6,156 bases of DNA from a virus: the IMG/VR virus record IMGVR_UViG_3300020030_000031, positions 1 through 6,156 of that record. The stretch is one strand, 5' to 3'. Shown in pieces: positions 1 to 5,537 of this stretch. Made by a program: the position numbers and the translations under genes. The notes beneath the pieces were generated by a model. The model was not told the DNA's origin, did no database searches, and saw only the letters and a list, made by a program, of their open reading frames with translations. Numbering within the stretch: position 1 is the first letter of the stretch; every line of letters begins with the position of its first letter.

Positions 1-121
1 AATCAAACATGAGAATAAGGGTATTATCAAAGAAATCAACTCGGAAATGAGGTAGACTACCACAGGTAGCGACGAGTTCATAAATTTCCGAATGGTCAAC
101 GTAGAGCGAATCGCTAATGAA
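1..121. repeat. Terminal direct repeat, copy 1; identical to 6036..6156 (assembly overlap of a circular genome)
   Basis: I compared 1..121 with 6036..6156 base by base and found 121/121 identity. The offset of 6035 nt gives the unit genome length. Confidence 0.95.
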
Positions 122-271
122 AGAACTATTTAGGAAACGCGCGATGGGGGTGTCCGTGAGAGCGCTGAGCGGAAGGGATACAAATTGATCATCCTTGAGG
201 TAACCTACCTGGGCGAAGTCAATTTTAAGAGCCGGGTTAATTCGACGAATAACAACATGAATCTGTGTCAT
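1..271 (-). CDS. Hypothetical protein ORF107, N-terminal 90 codons. The CDS crosses the circular junction and ends at 5983, for 107 aa in total.
   Basis: This ORF is absent from the supplied track because it runs off the window edge. A minus-strand ATG at 271..269 opens a frame that stays open for 90 codons (MTQIHVVIRRINPALKIDFAQVGYLKDDQFVSLPLSALTDTPIARFLNSSFISDSLYVDHSEIYELVATCGSLPHFRVDFFDNTLILMFD). Position 1 is the first base of the next codon. Through the repeat the frame continues 6035->5986 (FNLDCDEGPSEKERKRS) to TAA at 5985..5983. It starts 11 nt downstream of ORF106 on the same strand. Composition looks globular and I recognise no family. Confidence 0.5.
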   Translation of the reverse strand, partial: MTQIHVVIRRINPALKIDFAQVGYLKDDQFVSLPLSALTDTPIARFLNSSFISDSLYVDHSEIYELVATCGSLPHFRVDFFDNTLILMFD

Positions 272-282
272 AGTAATGTAAT

Positions 283-603
283 TTAAATTTGAGATTGAAA
301 TCTGAGATAAAAACGCTTCCAGGCGTCGGAATACTTTCTCCAAAAATCATAACCCTCGGGCGTCGTGTCAAACAAGAAAGCGGTAGAAATGAGGTAGGTA
401 GGGCCTAGACTCGGGTTGCAAAGAGAACGCCGAATGTGGGCGCGCAAACGATCACGAAAACCCCCGTAAGGCGAAACGACGACATCGTAGTTCGTCTTAA
501 AAGCAACGAATATTCCTTGGCGGACGAGCCACTCAGTAAAAGCGTAATCGAGCACGTCGACAATCAAGTCGCCAGCCTTGAAGTACTTACTTCTTTTTTT
601 CAT
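283..603 (-). CDS. Hypothetical basic protein, 106 aa (ORF106)
   Basis: ATG-initiated ORF on the coding strand with TAA at 285..283. About 17 K/R versus 10 D/E. It is tightly packed with the downstream ORF107 (11-nt spacer). I recognise no motif. Confidence 0.6.
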   Translation of the reverse strand: MKKRSKYFKAGDLIVDVLDYAFTEWLVRQGIFVAFKTNYDVVVSPYGGFRDRLRAHIRRSLCNPSLGPTYLISTAFLFDTTPEGYDFWRKYSDAWKRFYLRFQSQI

Positions 604-672
604 AGTATTGTGGTTATTGGTTTACAACGCAAAGATGCAACAAAAAGAACAAACGATAAAGTTCAAAAAGCC

Positions 673-693
673 GAGGGAATTGTTCAATTCCTC
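673..693 (-). terminator. Weak hairpin plus T-run overlapping the VP2 stop codon; possible leaky intrinsic terminator
   Basis: The sense strand reads GAGGAATT-GAAC-AATTC(C)CTC, then GGC, then TTTTTG. That is an 8-bp AT-rich stem with one bulge, followed by a 5-T run after a 3-nt spacer. The stem is weak and overlaps the TGA at 686..684. Confidence 0.25.
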
Positions 694-1940
694 CTAAAAT
701 AACTGCGGCGGGTGTATGTAGCACCAATTTGATCTCCGGAAGGGCCGTAAACGTCGCGCATCTCGTCGTAACCAGCAGGTGAGGCTGCGCCTTTGGTAAG
801 AGCTACACTGCTAATAGCGAGAGCCCCGGCAAGGGCCGTGCGAGCCATCGAATAACCAAAAGCATTCTTTTCTGATCGGTTAGAAAACCATTGAGCAGAA
901 AGACTCTGCGACGCATTGGCGGCGGCAATACCCACAAGATGTTCGTGTATCTGACGGCCAGTTAATTTAACAGTTTTACCAGTAGGCTTGCCTGATTCAG
1001 TAACCTGGGGGACTTCAATTTCGGCCTCCCAGTTGAGGCGAAACCACTCACGAAGATCAGACAGACGAACTTTGGCTATAGCAAACTCGGCATTCGCGAG
1101 GTCGCCTGTTGCGGCAGAACTGTAGGCGGCAGCGTAATCGCGAGCAATTTGTGCGGCGTAAATTTGATCAAAATACTTTGAATTGAATTCCCTGATCTGA
1201 ACAGCCTCCTCGACATGTTTACTGTATTGGGCAACAAAATCTTGAAATTTATAAGTAGCCATCAAATCTGCGTATTCAGAGTCGGCCATATGAATATCAG
1301 CAAGAGCGCGATTAAGATCAGCAAGAGCGGCAGCGTTGTTGACGTCGTGCGTACGAATCTGCTTATCCAACTCGTCAATGTCTTTACGCCACTCAACAGT
1401 ATGTGTATTTCCACGAAGCATAGCAGCCTCGGCGTTGTCACGATTAGAAGCAGCATCGTTACGATCAACCGTAGAACGCGCAAGCATATTCTGCGCAATA
1501 GCAGTAGGATCGGCAGTAGCAAAACCACCGGGAGCAACGGGCGAGCCGCCCGAGGGACCAGAGGCAGAGGGCATAGAAGCAGAGCCGCCGGACATGGTGG
1601 CGTTAACGCCGACGCCCGAGGAGCCAAGTACGGCAGCGGGCGTTACGCCAGCTTTCAAGTAGCGGTCGAAAACTTTCGTAGGGTCATTATATGCATTCTC
1701 GTAATCAAACTGTTTCTGCCAATTAGCATAGGAAAGTTCAGACTGCTTCTGCATTTGCTCGAGAGCATACTTTTGCTGAAGCTTCATTTGTTTTTGCTGA
1801 AAACGCCATTGGCGACGGGCGTTCATACCGCCAAAAAGCTGGCCGAGAGCACCGGTAATTAGACCGGTCGCGCCAGTAGATGCAGACGATTGACCAAGAG
1901 CCTGTCCAAAAGAAGCAGCAGCAACAGCAGGAATAGGCAT
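684..1940 (-). CDS. VP2: Microviridae VP2 (phiX174 H-like) DNA pilot / minor capsid protein, 418 aa
   Basis: The N-terminus is Ala/Gly-rich (MPIPAVAAASFGQALGQ...GALGQLFGG) and is followed by a Q/K-rich helical segment. The segment YENAYNDPTKVFDRYLKAGVTPAAVLG matches my recollection of the conserved VP2 core of gokusho/alpa-like microviruses (N-x-Y-N-x-P ... R-x-x-x-A-G-(L/V)-(N/T)-P). A G/S/P low-complexity linker (GGSASMPSASGPSGGSPVAPGG) follows. Size and the position next to the capsid module fit. Confidence 0.8.
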   Translation of the reverse strand: MPIPAVAAASFGQALGQSSASTGATGLITGALGQLFGGMNARRQWRFQQKQMKLQQKYALEQMQKQSELSYANWQKQFDYENAYNDPTKVFDRYLKAGVTPAAVLGSSGVGVNATMSGGSASMPSASGPSGGSPVAPGGFATADPTAIAQNMLARSTVDRNDAASNRDNAEAAMLRGNTHTVEWRKDIDELDKQIRTHDVNNAAALADLNRALADIHMADSEYADLMATYKFQDFVAQYSKHVEEAVQIREFNSKYFDQIYAAQIARDYAAAYSSAATGDLANAEFAIAKVRLSDLREWFRLNWEAEIEVPQVTESGKPTGKTVKLTGRQIHEHLVGIAAANASQSLSAQWFSNRSEKNAFGYSMARTALAGALAISSVALTKGAASPAGYDEMRDVYGPSGDQIGATYTRRSYFRRN

Positions 1941-1941
1941 A

Positions 1942-2133
1942 CTAAATGTGAGTTAAATTGTTAGAACGAATAATGTAGTCAACGCGAACAGTGTCGATAT
2001 GAACGCCGCTACGCTGCATCCTAGCTTGAGCTGAACAAGAAGCAAGAAAAAAAGTAGCCAACGCAGCAATAATAGATGAAATGAGCGTCCAAAAAGCCTT
2101 TGATTTATAGAAAGGTTGTTTAACGTCTGACAT
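1942..2133 (-). CDS. Small predicted lipoprotein, 63 aa (signal peptide plus lipobox L-A-S-C; about 31-aa mature peptide)
   Basis: The protein is MSDVKQPFYKSKAFWTLISSIIAALATFFLAS|CSAQARMQRSGVHIDTVRVDYIIRSNNLTHI. It has a Lys-containing n-region, a 17-residue hydrophobic core, and a lipobox L30-A31-S32-C33 (codons 2046..2035). ATG is at 2133..2131. TAG at 1944..1942 lies one nucleotide before the VP2 ATG (TAG-T-ATG). Confidence 0.6.
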   Translation of the reverse strand: MSDVKQPFYKSKAFWTLISSIIAALATFFLASCSAQARMQRSGVHIDTVRVDYIIRSNNLTHI

Positions 2134-2154
2134 GATATTAAAAATTTAGGGGAA

Positions 2155-2339
2155 GCTACGGTGCCGCACCCTCACTACGTTCGGGGCGGTTCTCCGAACC
2201 GCGAAATGCGTCACCTCGCCACAATGGTGTAAACAAATTGAATAAAGAACGATAGAAAAATGCGCGGCCACTCCTGCAATCGTTACCAATAACCTTTAGC
2301 AATTCACGAACTCTTGCAAAAGGGGTCCGCGCACGTAGC
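2155..2339. other. 185-nt domain closed by an imperfect inverted repeat (2155..2172 pairs with 2321..2339)
   Basis: On the plus strand the pairs are 2155-2160 GCTACG with 2334-2339 CGTAGC, 2162-2164 TGC with 2331-2333 GCA, 2166-2167 GC with 2329-2330 GC, and 2168-2171 ACCC with 2323-2326 GGGT. T2172 can pair with A2321. That is about 16 bp with three small bulges, and the ends coincide with the ATG and TAG of ORF61. Confidence 0.45.
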
Positions 2340-2341
2340 AT
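2156..2341 (-). CDS. Possible small arginine-rich protein, 61 aa (ORF61). The alternative reading is a non-coding structured region.
   Basis: ATG at 2341..2339 and TAG at 2158..2156. About 12 R/K versus 6 D/E. There are 22-nt spacers to both neighbouring genes, so accepting it would make the genome uniformly compact. A small basic DNA-condensing protein (phiX174 J analogue) is expected in microviruses. Against it, first-codon-position purine content is only about half, and the interval is dominated by secondary structure. Confidence 0.35.
   Translation of the reverse strand: MLRARTPFARVRELLKVIGNDCRSGRAFFYRSLFNLFTPLWRGDAFRGSENRPERSEGAAP
2180..2205. other. GC-rich hairpin inside the 2134..2363 region
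   Basis: The plus strand reads TTCG-GGG-CGGTTC-TCC-GAACCG-CGAA. That is a 6-bp stem (7 bp if G2186 pairs with C2202) with a 3-nt loop, extended by 4 bp across a bulge. Confidence 0.5.
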
Positions 2342-2363
2342 ATATCGTCAAGTAAAGAATGTA

Positions 2364-2660
2364 CTATTTTTCTTCAGACTTAGAGGTCTTCGCAGCAGCA
2401 TTCGATCTATCTATTTCTGAATCAATGAGTTCCTGACCAACCTCGAGACCATCGAACTTATCCATACGGGAGAAGGAATTAGGGTCGAAATCAATCTCGG
2501 GATTGAATTTTTCGCCCTTGTCGAAATCAGACGAGGACGCCTCGACATCTGGGCGACCAGGAAGAACATCGACGGAACCAGAACCGTTAAGAACAGAAAG
2601 AATACGCTGACCACGAGAAACATAGGTAGGAGCGTCCTCAAGTAACCAATTAAGTGCCAT
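2364..2660 (-). CDS. Acidic 98-aa protein immediately downstream of VP1; candidate scaffolding protein (VP3/D/B-like role by position and charge only)
   Basis: ATG at 2660..2658 lies 12 nt after the VP1 stop, and TAG is at 2366..2364. About 20 D/E versus 11 K/R, with repeated D-F-D / E-I-D motifs (SSSDFDKGEKFNPEIDFDPNSF...DSEIDR). I recognise no sequence family. Confidence 0.6.
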   Translation of the reverse strand: MALNWLLEDAPTYVSRGQRILSVLNGSGSVDVLPGRPDVEASSSDFDKGEKFNPEIDFDPNSFSRMDKFDGLEVGQELIDSEIDRSNAAAKTSKSEEK

Positions 2661-2672
2661 AAAATCAGTGTA

Positions 2673-4463
2673 TTAACGATTAGACAAACGGGTTGCAAAT
2701 GTTTTATTAACCAAGTTCTTCTTCTGGACAGAATACGAAATATTGACAAAGAAATTATCCTCTAGCTTGGAGGCAAACGGGGCGTTTACCTGATCAATAT
2801 CCACAAACAAAAGGGAATAATACTGATTATAGCTCGCCGACAGAACGCGCTGCTGAACCCAATAAGAATAAAGAGGAATGTTGTTATAGGCTTTTTGAAA
2901 TCGAGTCAGCTGGCCAAGAACCTCATCAAACGAGGACCGAAACTCATTGAAACACGGTTCGTAGGCTACAGCTTCTGAGGCCGAGGTGGTTCCGAATCCG
3001 AATTGAAATCCGGGAACATCCTGGTATCCAATATCATTATAGATCGGATTAAAATAATCGGCACCAGTATAATGAAGGTAGTCGGGATAAACACCTGCCC
3101 AATAGTAGACGGGGCGAATACTCAGCATATCAATCATATAGCCAGGCTCGCGGAAGTAATAAGATTGACGACGACCGAGGCGATCATTGAAGGCGATTGC
3201 ACCACCTTGTTGTCCCAGGGGGCCATTTACGCTTGGACCAGAAAAATTATTTTGTCCGGCCTGATTCATGACAATCTGAACGTTAACTGTCTGGGATGCG
3301 CTAAACAACAATTTGGGCCGATCGACGTGTTCGATTTTCGAAGCAAAAAAAGTCTCCAGCCAGTCGCTGTAACGAGAACCTCCAGCGCCGAGCAGATCCT
3401 TGTATTCCTGAAGACGCGAAGCAATAGCCAGCTGCGGCACGGTCGAGACACCGGACATGGAAACACCCTCGGAGCTACCGACAGGAAGCAATCGGCTATA
3501 GCGATCGGGATTCGAAGGTATAACGGCCAGCGGATGGGCGACAAGGAACGCTCCAAGCGTAGTAACAGTCGTAGAGGCAGCGCCAACAGCGAATTGATTT
3601 GCGGGACCCGCGGTGGACAGCGAAGTGTTTCCGGGATAAATGGTAGAGACGGGGTAGCCATCTCTGGATGCGGTAATCGTAGCGCCGAGATCTGAAAGTA
3701 ATATCTGCGAAAAAAGATTTCCCCTGTTATATGTATTGTTCGACGACGACACAGCCGAAGGATAAAACTGACTCTCAAAATAAGCATCGAGGAATTCGAG
3801 GTTTCCAAATCTTTGCGAGAAAAACCTCGACGTGTCACCGAACTGAAGAGTATTATACGCGGTACCGGTGCTGTTCGGGATGAAATACCAACTACTAGGC
3901 CAAGCGAAAGAATAAAGTCCCCACTGGGAATAACTATAATAATTGCGAACGATGTCCCAATAAGCGAGATAAGAATCGGCGGTACACCAGCCTAAAGGAT
4001 ACCCCAACTGGGCCGTTGTAAGATTAGCAGTCACAGGGACATTACTCGAGGTCGGGGTCGGGATTGACCCAGGAATGACACGCAACCAACGAAGCAGCGA
4101 ATTAGAATAAGGATAATTATTAGTCGTAAACTCGTAACTACCCGTAGAAGAAGCAGCAATAAAATTCAAACTCAAATCGTTCATATCAAACTTACTGCTA
4201 TTCGTCCGCATTTCAGGGTGATACAACTGGAGAGGCACCCAAAAACGATGCAAACGAATAGTATAGGGATTGAACGTCGGGACGGCGAGCGGATTACTAC
4301 GAACGTCGATCCCCTGCTCGATAGATACACGATCCCGAGCGTTAATAAAATCAATTCGCACCGGATATAAAATACCCGGCGTACACGTAAAGGCCTTACT
4401 CTCAGGGACATCGTAACGAGAGTAGCCATTGACGGCATGTGAAATAAAGGGCTGTTTTCCCAT
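2673..4463 (-). CDS. VP1: Microviridae major capsid protein VP1 (phiX174 F-like), 596 aa
   Basis: This is the largest ORF. The N-terminal pattern FTCTPGILYPV...RSNPLAVPTF...IRLHRFWVPLQLYHPEM matches the conserved microvirus capsid N-terminus as I recall it (G-x-L-x-P ... R-x-x-P-L-x-x-P ... H-x-F-(F/W)-V-P-x-x-L). The C-terminal region is rich in aromatics and Tyr (YYFREPGYMIDMLSIRPVYYW). Its size suits the gokusho/alpa-like groups, which carry large loop insertions. Confidence 0.93.
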   Translation of the reverse strand: MGKQPFISHAVNGYSRYDVPESKAFTCTPGILYPVRIDFINARDRVSIEQGIDVRSNPLAVPTFNPYTIRLHRFWVPLQLYHPEMRTNSSKFDMNDLSLNFIAASSTGSYEFTTNNYPYSNSLLRWLRVIPGSIPTPTSSNVPVTANLTTAQLGYPLGWCTADSYLAYWDIVRNYYSYSQWGLYSFAWPSSWYFIPNSTGTAYNTLQFGDTSRFFSQRFGNLEFLDAYFESQFYPSAVSSSNNTYNRGNLFSQILLSDLGATITASRDGYPVSTIYPGNTSLSTAGPANQFAVGAASTTVTTLGAFLVAHPLAVIPSNPDRYSRLLPVGSSEGVSMSGVSTVPQLAIASRLQEYKDLLGAGGSRYSDWLETFFASKIEHVDRPKLLFSASQTVNVQIVMNQAGQNNFSGPSVNGPLGQQGGAIAFNDRLGRRQSYYFREPGYMIDMLSIRPVYYWAGVYPDYLHYTGADYFNPIYNDIGYQDVPGFQFGFGTTSASEAVAYEPCFNEFRSSFDEVLGQLTRFQKAYNNIPLYSYWVQQRVLSASYNQYYSLLFVDIDQVNAPFASKLEDNFFVNISYSVQKKNLVNKTFATRLSNR

Positions 4464-4466
4464 AAA

Positions 4467-5537
4467 TTAAATGTTTAGTTGAAGTTTATAATGATCTCTC
4501 CAAAACTGAAGAATGTCCAGGTCTAGCCAAGTAGGTGGGTCGAAATCCGGCATCTTACGAGAGGACGCAGCGAAACGCATTATTTGCTTTTGCTCCCACG
4601 TATACGACGCTCTACAGGATACGGAGGAATTGAGGCCGAACCGCTCAACGCACAAAGACACAATACGCTTAACCAGAGAAGACTCGCTAAAACGTGAATA
4701 AGCATCAGCAGCGGTAATCGAGCGAATAACGTCGTCTTCCGGTTTAAGGTATCTAAGGTAATACCGAGGAATCGAGTAGTTATAATTGACGCGCTTCTCA
4801 AAATCGAAATAAGACCACGTCGAAGTACGAGCAGAAGGGCGAGGCTGATAACCAAGAAAATCACCAACGCCAGCAGATACGAATTTTCGCGTATAACGGC
4901 GATGTTGGAGGAGGCAAGATAAAGGTGTAAGGTTTCCATCTATGGTAACATATTTGTCCGAAATTTCTTCGGGATTAAATTGAATCTGTTTAGTAACATA
5001 CTTAACGCAATAACGAGCACGCTTATGAGTCGCCTTCGCCAACCACACAAAACCAAGATCTCGAACAGCCGATCGAATCTCGTTATACAGACAATTCGTG
5101 CCGAATAAAAAACCATGGAAATGCAGACGAGGCTCAGAGCTTATTTCCGGGTGAGTCCCAAACTCCTGGAAAAACGCGTGCTTGAAAGAATGTCCGAGCG
5201 TATGGCGGACGCGTTCGTTCCACCGTCGAATAAACGTAGAGGGGTTCTGTAATGCTTCATCGTAATACTTAGGAGCTATGGTTATTGTAATAAAAATAGC
5301 CTGCTGGGACTCGGCTTTACAACGAGCGAGTTCGCGCTCCAAGCGAACGAACCAATCATTACGCTGACGACGCAGACAGTCTTCACACTTTCCACACGGG
5401 ACCATGAGCCACTGACGCGCGATGTCCCAGGGGCGGAGCGCCAAAGCGGACTTTGCAACGTCCGAGCCATCACGACAGGGATTCTTCTTGTCGAAATAGC
5501 GACGATTACGTATCCATATGGGCGACGAACAAGGCAT
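4467..5537 (-). CDS. VP4: Rolling-circle replication initiator VP4 (phiX174 A-like, HUH endonuclease superfamily), 356 aa
   Basis: Motif order is diagnostic. N-terminal PCSSPIWIRN is followed by VPCGKCEDCLRRQRNDW. Motif I is AIFITITI. The HUH motif is L-H139-F-H141-GFLF (H codons 5123..5121 and 5117..5115). The double-tyrosine motif Y176-CVK-Y180-VTK (codons 5012..5010 and 5000..4998) has the same Y-x-x-K-Y-x-x-K layout as phiX174 gpA. Confidence 0.93.
   Translation of the reverse strand: MPCSSPIWIRNRRYFDKKNPCRDGSDVAKSALALRPWDIARQWLMVPCGKCEDCLRRQRNDWFVRLERELARCKAESQQAIFITITIAPKYYDEALQNPSTFIRRWNERVRHTLGHSFKHAFFQEFGTHPEISSEPRLHFHGFLFGTNCLYNEIRSAVRDLGFVWLAKATHKRARYCVKYVTKQIQFNPEEISDKYVTIDGNLTPLSCLLQHRRYTRKFVSAGVGDFLGYQPRPSARTSTWSYFDFEKRVNYNYSIPRYYLRYLKPEDDVIRSITAADAYSRFSESSLVKRIVSLCVERFGLNSSVSCRASYTWEQKQIMRFAASSRKMPDFDPPTWLDLDILQFWRDHYKLQLNI

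Noticed and set aside
1-121. The terminal direct repeats as LTRs or as the ends of a mobile element or linear phage
   Set aside because: The repeat is exact. It lies inside a coding frame that reads through the junction, and the gene content is that of a circular ssDNA phage. An assembly overlap is the simplest explanation.
630-637. Near matches to the Bacteroides -7 promoter box TAnnTTTG (sense CATCTTTG at 637..630 and TCAATTTG at 2241..2234)
   Set aside because: Each differs from the consensus at a specified position, and T-rich sequence is abundant here. I cannot place a promoter with confidence from sequence alone.
1915-1931. GCA/GCAG-type trinucleotide run
   Set aside because: It simply encodes the Ala-rich N-terminus of VP2 (PAVAAAS). 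It is not a tandem repeat element or a CRISPR array.
2187-2201. GGTTCGGAGAACC, reminiscent of a tRNA T-arm (GGTTCGAATCC), and a possible acceptor-like stem at 2155/2339
   Set aside because: The hairpin has a 3-nt loop rather than a 7-nt T-loop. The enclosed domain is about 185 nt. No D-arm or anticodon arm can be drawn, so this is not a tRNA or tmRNA.
2341-2353. Sense-strand ACTTGACGATATA, resembling the phiX174 origin core CAACTTG/ATATTAATAAC
   Set aside because: Only ACTTGA and a nearby ATAT agree. A 6-nt match is expected by chance in 6 kb. The origins of non-phiX microviruses are not defined well enough for me to compare.
2411-2749. The full 112-aa version of the embedded ORF, starting at TTG 2749 inside the end of VP1
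   Set aside because: It depends on a TTG start and would overlap two genes. The ATG-initiated 70-aa version (2623..2411) is the more conservative candidate.
3003-3695. Plus-strand ORFs of 60-230 aa (436..702, 1215..1862, 1336..1662, 3003..3695, 3813..3995, 4513..4701, 5453..5746, 5850..6035)
   Set aside because: Nearly all lie antisense to confidently assigned or well-supported minus-strand genes; 5850..6035 lies mainly in the non-coding region. Their translations are low-complexity (Arg/Ser/Gly/Ile-rich). Several use the same codon-bias shadow effect. Microviridae are known to transcribe one strand only. I see no independent support for any of them.
3266-3838. +1-frame minus-strand ORFs inside VP2, VP1 and VP4 (1262..1627, 3266..3838, 4181..4438, 4580..4939, 5282..5473)
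   Set aside because: The genome-wide depletion of +1 stops explains them. At least one (1262..1627) starts at TTG. Their products are Leu/Arg/Pro-rich frame-shadow sequences without a clean TM-plus-basic-tail architecture. Only the two cleanest cases are kept as findings.
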